Notes: generated by a model not told the origin, from the sequence alone. A stretch of 64,000 nt of DNA from Tubiluchus corallicola (GCA_030141605.1 JAQGDQ010000199.1:334783-398782); one strand, 5' to 3'; positions 12,270 to 55,321 are shown, counted from the stretch's first letter. Program-made: numbers and translations.

Positions 12270-13870
12270 TTGATGCTAGTAATGTCAATTTGAGAATGCT
12301 GAATGCAAAAAATGATAGATGCCGTTTTTTTGGCTGCCATCCTCGGCTGCCATTTTGGATTTCAAAATGGCCATCACTATTATTGAGTGATTAAGCTTGT
12401 CACTTAGTTCCTCATAGAATCTTGAACTAGGTCTAATTTCTTTTCACGAATTATAAATTTGAGATGGGATAGATGTGCATTAAATATTTTTTCAAAAGTG
12501 GATGTGGCTATGTCACGTGACAGGGGGTCACAATTTCGTAATTAGGAAAAATATCTTTGTCGTTCAAGTTTTCTTACAGTAGTGTGCTAGGATTCCATGT
12601 TTTTCCACGTGCAAGTGGCTGGATAGTGATTAGTGTGCATCAGGTAGTTTTCAACAAGTAGGCGGGGTCAAGCCACGTGACATGAATTAAAGTGTTGAAA
12701 CAGAGTCACGTCATTAACTTGAAAAAGCCGTCCTACAAGTTTGAAAAAAGATTCAATGATTAATTTCAAATTTTTTAGGTGGGGCATATCGTGGTAACAG
12801 CACTGAAAAGTAAACTTTGAAATTAGATTTTAAAAAGTAAATTTGAAATTTCATTTTTGATCGATGATATATGTGCAGTGCAGAATAAAGAAATGTTTAT
12901 TAGTAATGTATCTGTACTGACCAAATGAGCAGTCTGAGTGTTCTCAGTTCGTTTATTGTTGAAATTTTTTGGGTGTAGTTTATGGCAACAATAGACATGC
13001 CGAACCACGGTACTATCAACTATTCGTCAAAATACATTGGTGTTTTCTCCTGGGAAGCAAAAAGATACCTGAAAATTCTTGAATACGAGTTTATCTGGAT
13101 TGTAAGGCAACTAGGAGTGAAAAATGAGTACAATATTTGCTGTAATACGTATACCAAGACCTGAAAAATGTCTGCAGTGCGAGTATCACTTACGATAGCT
13201 GTATATTCTGTAAACACCTGATTCTAGGTGCTGCACATTTTTAGCTATTAGAGTTTATAGCGAAAACTAATCAATATCCACTGACCTTGACCCTTTGGTC
13301 CAAGGTTACAACGTGACACATAATCCTTTGAGCTATTATTTCAGGTACATGCAATCCTGCATTGAGTTTCGTGAATCTAGGTTTTGCAGTTTCCGACATT
13401 GTCAAAACTCTTTTTAGACACTTTCACTCGTGTCATGTGACTTGGCCTCCTACTTTTTGAAAAAATACCTGATGAACATCTACTTTTACAAAGCTACTAT
13501 ACTTGAAAAAAAAATCATACATGGGATTTTAGGAGAAAACTTGTAAGATGGCTTGAGCAACAAAGATCCTTTTTCCTAATGATGACACTTTGGCCCCTGA
13601 CACGACACTGAGCCACGTCCAGTTTTAAGAAAAATAATGCACATCTGACCCACCTCGCCTCCATATTTTGTAGAAAAAATTGAACCTAACTCAAAGTTCT
13701 ATGAAGAATTGAGCAACAAGCATAATTATTAAATAATAGTTACGGCTAATTCGAGATCCAAGATGGCAACGGAAGATACACACGGAAAATGACACCCATC
13801 TGTTCTTTTAAATCAGCACCTCTAAACTCACTCAAACAACCACAAATATCAATTCTGGCGCAAAAATCTA
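12270..13870. repeat. diverged long inverted repeat pair (about 12270-12690 / 13430-13870), probable old foldback or MITE element(s)
   Basis: GATAGATGTGCATT...GGATGTGGCT...ATTAGGAAAAATATCTTTG...CATCAGGTA is mirrored by TACCTGATG...CAAAGATCCTTTTTCCTAAT...AGCCACGTCC...AATGCACATCT. Confidence 0.6.
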
Positions 13871-14409
13871 ATTGGCCCCGAATTTCTTGCAGCACACTGT
13901 ACACAAAAACGAAATTTAGTTGGCAAGAAAACGTAACATACGTAACATACAACTGCTTGTGCGACCTATTTGCACACATGGACTTTCATAGCGTAAATCG
14001 TATGTTGCTAAACACTGTTATTTGTTTTATTTTATTTATCTTAATCACACATTTACATTCTTATTTATTAACCTTTTACTTGTTTGATTTTGATTGCCGT
14101 GCAAGGCTAAATGCTAACGTTGGCAAATGCGTTCCTCGGGCTCGCAGTTTTGAATGTAAGTACATTATTGCTAACACAAGTATGAGGCGTTCAAACGATG
14201 ATACTTTTTAAACTAATCGTTATCCAGTTGCAGGTTAATTGAGTACTTTAACAACTGCACGTTTGCTTAAACGTTGGTTAGTCGTAGTTTCTTTACCTAC
14301 TGTAATTAAACTCATCATTTCATACACGTAGCTAATTATTTAATATACAATTACTTGGCACACCAAATGTTTGATTTTGCAGGACAGTGTACCCTGTACT
14401 GCGCCCAGA

Positions 14410-14643
14410 ATTTTACCAACTTGTACCAAATTTACCAACCTATACCAAATTTACCAACTTGTACCAAATGACCAACCTATACAAATTTACTAACCCATAC
14501 CAAATTTACCAACCTATACCAAATTTACCAACCTATACAAATTTACTAACCTATACCAAATTACCAACCTATACCAAATTTACTAACCCATACAAATTTA
14601 CTAACCTATACCAAATTACCGACCTGTACCAGATTTACCAACT
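14410..14643. repeat. minisatellite, about 18-19 bp unit (AAATTTACCAACCTATACC)
   Basis: Direct reading; about a dozen variable copies. Confidence 0.85.
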
Positions 14644-14947
14644 TGCATTTGTATTATTATGCCCGACCTGCCAAAATATCCCAAAAGCGCTCTTATTAAT
14701 TTTATTTATTTTGTTTTATTCATTCTCCACATACACAAAAATGCATTAACACAATGCAAAAATACATATATATATATGTATATATATATATTGGGTTTTA
14801 ATAAATCAGAATTTAATATTGGATTAATTAATAATAAATTGGGTGTAAATAAAGTGTAGTAGATTGATATACTTGGTGCTTCCAATTATGACACGTGCTG
14901 TAAAATGTAGTTATCCAATTAGCATTCTAAAACTATTCGTCTGCTAT

Positions 14948-15210
14948 AAAATTACACGAACTTTTGGGGTGCCATGTGGATGCCACAGATATTGTAAACA
15001 CAAAAGATAGACATCTGATCTTTTCAAACCTGCTCATTTCATTTTGGCAAGTTTCTGACTGACATGTCCCTCCTGCAACAGGAAATCGTTGAATTACCCC
15101 TGGAATTCACTACCCAAGAAAACGCAATGTGAGGTTATCAAGGTTTGATTGCTTGGGACTTACCTCTTGCTAGTTTGGATGCTTGCTTTAAGACATCCGG
15201 ATATTCGTGA
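14948..15210 (-). pseudogene. inverted copy of the guanylyl cyclase exon 3 end and intron 3 start (21791-22053)
   Basis: Reverse complement reads TCACGAATATCCGGATGTCTTAAAGCAAGCATCCAAACTAGCAAGAG|GTAAGTCCCAAG..., against TCACGAGTATCCGGATGTCCTGAAGCAAGCATCCAAAGTAGCAAGGG|GTAAGTCCCAAG at 21791. Confidence 0.9.
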
Positions 15211-15554
15211 CACATATATTCAATATACATATTCAATCGTAACAATCTAAAAATAGAATCTATATGTTGCACAAAGAATGTGTAAATCGCGTTTCAAAAT
15301 TTGGTGACAAGAAAAAGGAAAAAGTCCACTAGGCGCAGGACACTTACAGAGAACTTGAACATTAGTTTATAATATATATTTTTTTATTGAGAGTGTAAGT
15401 ATAAACGTACATGTATGATAGGTAGTAACAGTAATGTAAGAGACAAAGGTTCACAAAAAAAGTTGCAAAACATTAATCCCATACATAGGACGAAACATGA
15501 CAGAAACACATAATTCCAGATATCGAGATTTCTGAGAAAAAAATGTGTTTTTTT

Positions 15555-15803
15555 TTGGAACAACGCAATTTAGAATTTCTTTGCTATTTTTAGTAGTGCT
15601 GTCATAATTAGTAATTACATGATATACAAGCCAAATATAGCAGCACACAGAACAGCCATGTCACAAACCACCGTTTTACTAACTTTACTGAAGAGAGCAC
15701 ACAAATAACGATCCTATACTGGTTGATTTATTGAGTTAAGTCATTGAGCTCGAGCCAATCTCAAGCGGAAGCTGCAGATATCGATGTAGGTACGTCTCCT
15801 GTT
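15555..15803 (-). pseudogene. decayed duplicate of the LicD 5' leader and N-terminal coding region
   Basis: VITNYDSTTKNSKEILNCVVP vs VITNHDGTTKNSEKILNCIVP; upstream GAGCTCGAG..ATCTCAAGCGG.AGCTGCAGA.ATCGATGTAGGTAC shared with 12134-12181. Confidence 0.85.
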
Positions 15804-16161
15804 CCTTTTATTATTTAGAAAAAGGAAAAACTCCACTAGGTGCAGGAGACTAGAACGTCAGTTTATTATAGACATTTTTATGGGGAGTGTAAGTATAAAC
15901 GCACATGTATGACAGACATAAGTTCACAACACAAAATTGCAAAATATTACTCATGTACGTAGGATGAAACGACTCAAACATAGCAGAAAAACATATAATA
16001 GCGAAAATAAACAACATTAACAAAAGCACATAAATTGACAAGCGCCGCTCATATAGTTGTCAAACCTGCAGCATAATTATTTACATTAGGACCTACAAAC
16101 TATCAAACTTCTCGTTTTTACTGATATCATATATAAAGTTCATCACTAAAGTTCCATATAT

Positions 16162-16162
<1 letters not shown>

Positions 16163-16243
<81 letters not shown>

Positions 16244-16306
16244 GAAGGGAGAAGAGAGAGAGGGGAGAGAGAGACAGAGAGGAGGGAGCTAGAGAGAGGA
16301 GGGAGC

Positions 16307-16400
<94 letters not shown>

Positions 16401-16433
16401 AGGAAGAAGAGAGAGAGAGAGAGAGGAGGGAGC

Positions 16434-16513
<80 letters not shown>

Positions 16514-16520
16514 CGAGGGG
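16163..16520. repeat. (AG)n microsatellite
   Basis: Direct reading. Confidence 0.95.
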
Positions 16521-16970
16521 AGAGAGAGATAAGAGTGAACAGATGCGAAAGAGGGAAAGGGAGACAGAAAGAAATGAAGAGATAGGAAAGAGAGGGACAA
16601 GGAGAAGAAAGGGAGGGAGAGCGAGCGTTTGTTCTTTTTAAGATGATAACGGTTTTTTCGGATGCAGCATAATCAGACTGATAATACTGGCTATGTTGAA
16701 CAAACACCCCTAGATCTTTGTAGAAACACTTTTTCATCTAATGTATGGATCTAGTCGTGACAGTGAGAATTTGACGCCTCATATCCAGTGACAGAAATTG
16801 TTATTAAAAGTGTGATGCGCACTGCGCACGAAATGGAATGACATTGCTTGCAGTTGTTGTACACGCCTGCACAGAGTAACAGCCAGAGTGCAAAATATCT
16901 ACTCATGACGAATGAACAATAAAAACAAAACTGAGTTCGCAAAGCCTTCAAAAGGAGATCAGCAAACACC

Positions 16971-47013
<30,043 letters not shown>

Positions 47014-47257
47014 GTAAACATTGATCCAACTTTTAATAACATCACCCTTAAATAACATTGGCAACAATTTCATGTTTAAAGGCAGTCATATTAAAGACAA
47101 AGACGCGTCGTTAAGCACGTTGAGTTTATTTCATCTTATATCACATAAGTTTATAAAAATATAACAATAAAATTTACTGTCTATAAAGTCTAAAGTTAAT
47201 TTATAATGCCACCATAAGGCGCTGCGGTAGCTGCCATCCACTTAAAATCATGACGTA

Positions 47258-47490
47258 GTGTCGTGTCGTGTCGTGTCGTGTCGTGTCGTGTCGTGTCGTG
47301 TCCTGTCCTGTCCTGTTCTGTCCTGTCCTGCCTTGCCCTGCCCTGTCCTGAGCTGTCGTGTCTTGTCCTGTCGTGTCCTGTCCTGCCCTGCCCTGCCCTA
47401 CCCTGGCCTGCCCTGCCCTATCTTGTCCAGTCCTGCCCTGCCCTATCGTGTCCTGTCCTGTCCTATCTGGCCCTGCCCTATCATGACCTG
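47258..47490. repeat. (GTGTC)n/(CCTGT)n/(CCTGC)n pentanucleotide microsatellite
   Basis: Direct reading. Confidence 0.9.
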
Positions 47491-47726
47491 TGCTGATCTG
47501 CCTTTAACGCATTTTTGTAACTTATATTATCTTAACGTATCTTATCATTTCTTATCGTTTCTCGTCTACTCTCCAACCTTTTTTTATCTTACAGTATTTT
47601 CCTTCTCCTACGCGTTTGTTTTGTTCACGCAGAAAATGGGCTTAAAATTGTCGGAATTAAAAACTAATTTTTATTATTAAAAGCATCTGTTTGTCAAGAT
47701 TGCAAGTTTTTCACTTTAACTGCATT

Positions 47727-47924
47727 GTGTACTGGCTGCTAGACGACATCAACGATGTCCCAGATGAGGGCATCTGTACCGAGATGAATGAGGGCATCTG
47801 TACAGAGATGAATGAAGCCATCTGTACAGAGATGAATGAAGTCATCTGTACAGAGATGAATGAAGTCATCTGTACAGAGATGAATGAGAAAATCTGTACA
47901 GAGATGAGGTGCGAGTCATATTGA
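47727..47924 (+). other. probable remnant of the cyclase terminal exon (YWLL) followed by a 24-bp coding-frame minisatellite
   Basis: VYWLLDD matches the TYWL end of class III cyclase domains; then (ICTEMNEx) x6 and a stop at 47924. No phase-0 acceptor or GKG codons were seen upstream. Confidence 0.55.
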
Positions 47925-48639
47925 AGCTCACAGCAGAACGGAGACAACGATTTTATCTTGAAAATAAATACTTAAAAGAGCAGCATCCAGTTTTTGATCA
48001 CAACTTAAAACTATCTGACTTCTAAAATATGGAAAAGAGTGTTATAGTTTTCTGTGAATGGTTAACACTAAAAAGCCATTTTTCTCGAAGTCTAATTTAG
48101 ATTATTATTTTCTTTTGAAGGAACTATCAGTCATACATGCTTACATGTGCAATAGTCCGAGCTTCTCGAAATTGAAAAGTTAACTTAATCATGACTCCGC
48201 GGCACGCTCGCGAGATCACGCAATAGCCCAATGATAAACCTGAAATTTGAAATAGTTTTAGCGTAGAATTTGCCGAGTTTTGTGTTTTCAGAGTAACAAA
48301 GCAGCACCGTCGTATTTCGATTTTTGCTTTCGCAAAAAGGTAAAGATACACATCCGTTGTTAAGAAATTGTACAAGTATAGTATAAGTAGTAGTATAGTT
48401 TACTGACTATGAATACAATGATTGGTACAAAAACCGGGGTAGCTGAAAATAATAAAATTTACAGTTCTTTAGTATTTTAGTTAAGAATTAATCACAAGTG
48501 GGCCACTTAGTATTTAAAATAAAACGGTTGTTCTAATTTTATGCAATAGACAAAGCGGTTATACATTGTAGTTTGATATCTTAAACGAACAGCAAATATT
48601 AATAAAACTACTCTTTTCAGTTTTGAAAAGATTCTAACA

Positions 48640-49110
48640 CTTAAAAACAGATTTCAAATACATGATTGCACAGTGTTCACCCTAGGATATTTTCTTCTAG
48701 TTTCTCTAGTCAAGTTGCAGTCCATTAATACACGTTTTTCAGTTTGTGTCTCTTCGCATTTACATAGTTTCTGGTTTCTATTTTCACCGTCTCATCTACC
48801 GGTCTCAATTCTTAAATTGTAACGCTTGTAACTTTAGTCGAGAGAAAGGTATGCGGTTTTCTCTATAGTATTCTCTGGTATGTTGGCATTTTGAAGTTCG
48901 GGTTAAATTCCTTGTAAGCCATACGTTTGGTAGAGCTACTGCTGATAACTTTTTCCTTTCTCATTGACCGCTGGTAAGTTTCTCGGACATTTTGCTAAGT
49001 CACTACTACACACTGACTCGCTATTTCATATGCTTCGAACAATGTCTGATGTTTCTCAGGAGAGTTTGCCATTTACTTTTTGCATAACTATGACGACATT
49101 GTTAGTTTCA
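48640..49110 (-). mobile_element. degenerate LINE ORF2 3' end
   Basis: Minus strand FSRLKL...LRIETGR*DGENRNQKLCKCEETQTEKRVLMDCNLTRETRRKY, a typical non-LTR C-terminal motif. Confidence 0.7.
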
Positions 49111-49518
49111 CTTGCTAACTGTTAATCAAGTGTCTAAATCTAATACTTAGTCATCAGGAACGTCGTGCTAATTATAGTAGTAATAATGTAAGTCAAAATG
49201 ATGTAATGGGCTGCATCATTGTTCTGTTTTTGCATTGTTTTAATCGTTGTTAGCATAGAAGAACGTGCTATTAACCTTGAATTTATTTAATAGGAAATTG
49301 ATAATGAGTTTATAAATTAGCTTAGCAGGAGACAGCTTATGGTGTAACTGGTCGTGCACTGAAGAGTGAAGACACTAATTTTATTTATAATTTATTGCAA
49401 TCAAATAAGTTGCGTTACGCTGAAACCTTCGTGTATTGGTTGATTTGTCTTTACATGAGACTTGTGCTGTGTTGATTGTGCAGTGAAAAAAAAACTGGTT
49501 AAAGAATAATCATTAGCG

Positions 49519-50298
49519 AAACAGTAAAGAATTGTGTAAAATGTGGTTACGATAACAATGTGTTTATTTTACTTACAACATTGGGTTTTTGGTGATAAAC
49601 AGTAACGAATTGTGTAAAATGTGGTTACGATAACAATGTGTTTATTTTACTTACAACATTGGATTTTTGGTGATAAACAGTAACGAATTGTGTAAAATGT
49701 GGTTACAATAACAATGTGTTTATTTTACTTACAACATTGGACTTTTGTTGGTAAACAGTAACGAATTGTGTAAAATGTGGCTACAATTACAATGTGTTTA
49801 TTTTACTTACAACATTGGATTTTTGGTGATAAACAGTAACGAATTGTGTAAAATGTGGCTACAATAACAATGTGTCTATTTTACTTACAACATTGGATTT
49901 TTGGTGATAAACAGTAACGATTTGTGTAAAATGTGGTTACAATAACAGTGTGTTTATTTTACTTACAACATTGGATTTTTGGTGATAAACAGTAGCGAAT
50001 TGTGTAAAATGTGGCTACAATAACAATGTGTCTATTTTACTTACAGCATTGGATTTTTGGTGATAAACAGTAACGAATTGTGTAAAATGTGGCTACAATA
50101 ACAATGTGTCTATTTTACTTACAACATTGGATTTTTCGTGATAAACAGTAAGGAATTGTGTGAAATGTGGTTACAATAACAATGTGTTTATTTTACTTAC
50201 AACATTGGATTTTTGGTGATAAACAGTAGCGAATTGTTTAAAATGTGGTTACAAAAACAATGTGTTTATTTTACTTACAACAATGGATTTTTGGTGAT
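49519..50298. repeat. 78-bp minisatellite, 10 copies
   Basis: Unit AAACAGTAACGAATTGTGTAAAATGTGGTTACAATAACAATGTGTTTATTTTACTTACAACATTGGATTTTTGGTGAT, head-to-tail with no spacers. Confidence 0.95.
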
Positions 50299-50468
50299 CG
50301 TATTTTTAGCCAAGCTATAAATTTATTTTCCCAAGACAAACAGTATAAAATCATAATAAACAGTTTCACCATTTAGTTTAATACTTCGAAGTCATAATTT
50401 TAACAACAAATTCAACGCTTTTAGCACAAGAATGGGGTTAAATCACGTCACTAAATCATCTAATAATT

Positions 50469-50603
<135 letters not shown>

Positions 50604-52411
50604 TTATAAGAAGCCTAGATTAGTAAAAAAAACGCCTGTTAAAGGTAGTCATACCTGCTTTCTCAGATATCTGTTAAGAAAGCGGTTGCTGGTAATAGGT
50701 TGCACTCGAATTTTACAATCAAGAGATTCATATTATAGTAAACAAAAAACGTATGGTTACACAAGCGAAACGAATCCGACATTGAAGCCAGACGGTTTAA
50801 GTGTTGCAATTTTAAGCAGCGTTTTCACATAGTCCGTTACTACGATGCTAGAAAAAGAATTTTATAAAGAACATATAAAAGCATTTTGCAATTTTTAATT
50901 CAACTGATTCACAAAAAAAACAGATTTTCCGACAGGTTTCCCGATTTTAGGATTTAGTGGTGGAGCATGTGTGCATACATACACTTTATTTGCCATAAAA
51001 TAAATTACAATAAAATTACAATCCTCAGTGTTAAAAATATTTTCAATACTAAACTGTTAAAGGCAAATCAGTCTCGTGCTGGTGCCAAACTATGAACTAA
51101 TGGTGCACAAAAATTAAAACAAAAGCAATTACATACATAGATACAATAGGTTCGTAATACTGTACATAGGCACCATACAATAAGTAAAGTACATAATAAC
51201 ATTAAGACTTAACTTATATCATTTATTATAATATACATATAATACATAACACAGTGCACAGTACAATGAGTAAAATACATAAAATACTCATAGTACATAA
51301 TACAATTAGTGAAATACATAATAAACGTAAGAGAAAATTTTCATCAATTATCAAAATATACACCTTATATTCGTATACAACATCTTACAAAAGTTACTTG
51401 TACACTGTTTTCATTTACGAATTATGAGTTGCGAATTTATAATAATTAACGAAATTTCTCTTTCAGTAATTGGGGACGTGGGTATGCAAAATTTGAATTA
51501 CAGAAGTTAACGTAATTTACATGCGTTGATTTTTGAAATCTACCTAGTTGGTTTTGTTTCAGTTTCTTTTTAAAAACAGGTAGTGACTCTGGTTATTTGA
51601 TAATAAAATCGTAACTCTAGAAATGATATCATTGCTGTAAAACATCAAAAGGCAGTTCGTTCAATACGTTTTGTCTTCGCCTGCTATCAGTTGAACAAAC
51701 CGAACAACAGAATAATGTTAATATTTAGTACTGTGCCGTTTCATTTATCATCACCAGTTTGATCATTAATGCATCATTACTGCTGATTTTTACTATAAAA
51801 ATTAATTTCTCTCCTTCAAAAAGCTTCATTTTGCTACAGTCGCATATATAAATCGACAAGCATTTTAGGAAACATCAGCTTTAGCAAATTTTGCCAAAAA
51901 TTGACGTGCTATTAAAACCACTAAAACAGTTATTACACATTCCCTGCAATTGCTTTAATTCCAGTAACTTTAGTACACAATGTAACAAGTTGATCACTTT
52001 GTAAATCACCTGTAAAATTAACATTTCTATTTATCTGCTTTCGAGTTCTACTTTCAAATTCTACAAAACTATTTTTGGTTTAAGACAGACTTTTGAATTA
52101 GGCCTACCCACTGTACAGTATTTTTGCATACGATATGGTACACAAAATTTCATACTTACTAGTAATTCTTTGTTGCTTCTGTTACTCATTAGCATCAGCA
52201 TTAGGTATGATATTTAATAATGATGACATTTAGTTTTAGTTTCAAAATCACAGCTATGATCATAAAAAAGAATTATGTCAGAGAAGACTAATTTTCATGT
52301 TCGAGTTTAAGACTAGTTGCCACATAAGCAGCATTTGCTGTTAACTCAATGTGATTCCATTTCACATGACATTAGAGAAGTTTTGAGAGCTCCAGACAAC
52401 AAACTAACACT

Positions 52412-53543
52412 CTAAAATGTCCCAGAGACAGTATCGTGAGCGGCATGTGGTAAATAGCCAAAAAGGTTAAAATCTTTCTTAAAAATGTCAATTAATTGTT
52501 CATAAATAACAGGTGTTACCTGGCTATAATATTTCTTTAAAAGAGCACTGGTGCTATTCTGTCTTTGCGTAACATATCCTGTTTCGTCTTTTGTAGGAAA
52601 ACTAATATTGAGATTTACCTTTAACTTTTTTAGTACATACGCTGCTTCTTTTTTAATATTCTCATATTTTCCTACGAAATCGTATTTTATTTCACACACA
52701 TTACACAAATCAAAAATAGGTGTCCAATGTCTATCAGTTGATAACGAAGAATTATGCTCCTCCAATATATAACTGACAAACTCTAAGAATGTTGGAGGGT
52801 GGGAATCGTAATGAGCCATAGCTTGTTTGTCATTGGCAAACGTTCCCCTTTTCCTCAATATTTTTAATCCTACAGAACGCCGATAGTTTCTATCATATCC
52901 TCCTATGCCAAGCATTTTGTTTCTATAAGCTGAGAGGACTCTTTCCATTGGGTGTCTAACAAACAAGAATTTATATCTTGAATTGAACAATCTGCTTCTG
53001 TTTCTTGACATCTTAGTTTGCTGCGAAAGAAACCACTTGGATTTCTCATGATAGAAATGAGCTTTCTCGAAAGGGATGTCCTGTGAATTATGGTATTTGT
53101 CAGGTTGAAGAATTGTCATAAATGTTCGCTTCCAGTTTGTATTACTGACTTTAGGAACTGAACAGTAAATAACATTTGGAGACTTCAACACTATCAACCT
53201 GCTCGACCAGTCATAAATAGATATACTTTCATTATTTTCCCTATACTTCTCACAAGTTTCTTGTATATGTCGCTGTCTGATTTTATTCAAGTGTGTAACG
53301 ATCTTATAATCTGCTTCTTCCGGCTCCTAAAAAAACAATATTACTTGTCTTAGTTAAATTATGTTACTGTCATAAATACCATAGCATATTGGTAATTTTT
53401 AAGACAAAAAAATGATACTTCTCCAGAAGTTATGTCACGGACAGTTCCCCAACTATGGTTAATGTCTGTTTGCTTTCTTTCGGAAAAATGGTTAATTGAA
53501 TATGTTAGTGTCCCATATATCCCAGAGATCGTGACATCGTTAT
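52412..53543 (-). CDS. Golgi carbohydrate sulfotransferase (Sulfotransfer_2, CHST8-14/HNK-1ST-like); catalytic exon 53326-52412, probable stem exon 53543-53419; first (TM) exon not found
   Basis: 5'-PSB YCSVPKVSNTNWK, 3'-PB FLFVRHPMERVLSAY, PTFLEFV, DRHWTP, YDFVGKYEN, KDFNLFGY. Acceptor TTTTTAG|GAG at 53326 is in frame. The upstream exon is bounded by TTTCTTTTACAG| and a weak |GTATCA donor, so it is less certain. Confidence 0.85.
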
Positions 53544-53559
53544 CTGTAAAAGAAAGGCA

Positions 53560-54245
53560 AACCACTGAAAATAAGGGCCCACGTGCTTCAGATAAACGTG
53601 CACTGTTTTGCTCCCATTAGGCCACACAAATGAATTCACAAGCCACTCTTCCTACCCTTTTGAACATTCTACCATCCTTACTTTGCACAACTCTTTTTTT
53701 AAATTGCCTAAAAACCTTCGGCTTTTTTGTCCTTCTTTCTCATTGTTTGGACGTGTTTATAATGGTGCAAGCAGCTAACAAGTTTTACTTCTGGTTCTTG
53801 CAATTTATTATATGCACGCTGTCATATAATCATTACTATTAATATCTATTTTTTCCCAGTGTCTCTTAATATTATATTTGTATTTACACTTCCAAACAAA
53901 TTTATTATTATTATTATTATTATTATAATTAGCAACAGAAACATTTTCACTAAAGTAGCTATCATCAGATTCACGTCTGTCAATACACCATTATGGTACT
54001 CTGGAACAGATAGAGAGCGCAATAAACTCTGCAAATATGCTGGTCTGTTATACGTGAGTACTGCAATTTCCAAATGAAATTGTTCATTCCAACTGGTAAA
54101 CGTATACGTGTAGCTGTTCCTACTAGAATCCTTGTGTGAAATTAGATGATTTTTGACACTGGGGAAAAACAGAAATTTCCACAAAAACAATCCCTAAAAT
54201 GACAACTTGCAAACCCAAAATAGCAACAGTTGGCTTTTGCATCAT
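53560..54245 (-). pseudogene. truncated pseudogene copy of the 4650 glycosyltransferase
   Basis: MMQKPTVAILGLQVVILGIVFVEIS, then a +1 frameshift, FPSVKNHLISHKDSSRNSYTYTFTSWNEQFHLEIAVLTYNRPAYLQ, an internal deletion, an insertion of about 290 bp, then FVWPNGSKTVHVYLKHVGPYFQW where similarity stops. Confidence 0.92.
53636..53928 (+). mobile_element. short LINE 3' end inserted in the glycosyltransferase pseudogene
   Basis: Splits GCTAATT|CATTTGTGTGG of the parent gene with AATT on both sides; LLNILPSLL...LKTF remnant and (TTA)n tail. Confidence 0.55.
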
Positions 54246-54977
54246 TGCCTTTTACTGCTATGAATCGACGACCAAAGTTTCAGCCATGTTGTTTGTAATG
54301 TCCGAGTCAAAGATTAGTGATACATTTTATAAATAACCCACTATACAATAAGCTTTATTACAGTCTTATATATCTTCTGACGATGATTGCAAGTGTCCAG
54401 TAGAAAATTTGAATTTTATGGATTTCATTTGTGTTAAAAAAATCCAACTTTTCTACTGCACTCTAGCAGTCATAGATAAGAAATGTATAAAAATGTAACA
54501 AAATTTGTTATATAGTGGGCTGTTTTGAAGCGGGTATTATTCTTTTTATAAACAATTAAAAACTTTATTAGTTTAGTTTAAACTTTATTTATTTATAGTG
54601 GGTTTACAAAACAGACTGCGTCTGATGCAGGTATCTCCACGGTGCAAGTGCTTAGTGCAAAGTGCTAGAAACTTTATTATGAGACGTAAGGGACTCAGGA
54701 CTCTTGTTTTCAAAAAACCGGACCTATTTTTAATTCTTTTGCTGGTCCAGAATTCGATCCGATTCGCTACTCATCTGGATGTTGTTGTTGTTGTTGTTGT
54801 TGTTGAGCTTTTATCTTTCAAAAAACAGCCTATGGCTCCATAATTTCGCAATTTTATCGTCTTCAAACTTTAGAGGAATATACTAGGATGAATTCGAATT
54901 GACGATATGCCATTTAGAATTCAAGATAGCGGCGATAACATTTTTTTCGAAAAAACCTAAGGCTCTGCCAATTCGCA
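54246..54977 (-). repeat. inverted duplicate of the glycosyltransferase upstream region (3857-4649)
   Basis: Long reverse-complement matches, e.g. TAAATAAATAAAGTTTAAACTAAACTAATAAAGTTTTTAATTGTTTA and CCGTGGAGATACCTGCATCAGACGCAGTCTGTTTTGTAAA. Confidence 0.92.
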
Positions 54978-55321
54978 ATAAACAGTCAAACTTTCTAAAA
55001 ACATACAAGAACAAGTTCCGCATCGCCGGGGTCAGATTTTCCAACTCCCATTTTGAATTCAAGATGGCGCTCATAACATTATTTTCGAAAAAAGTCTAAG
55101 GCGCGAAATGGGTCGTCAAGAAATCGTTTTAGAAATATGCTAAAACGAATTTTGCATCGATTGGCAGAATCGGAATTTTAATATGCGATAATATTTAATA
55201 TTTAATAATTCGAGTCGAACTTGTTTTTACCTTACTATTTTATGATGCAACTATATCTATCTGACATAACTGAACAACTGACAGTCGTATTCATGTAATA
55301 TAGTTCCTAGCAACGGGATTC

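Noticed and set aside
49519-50298. CRISPR-like regular array (also 35128-35682)
   Set aside because: Units are contiguous with no unique spacers, there are no cas genes, and the context is eukaryotic; these are minisatellites.
53846-54190. Second functional glycosyltransferase
   Set aside because: Frameshift after the TM segment, internal deletion, insertion, and truncation before the EDD motif.
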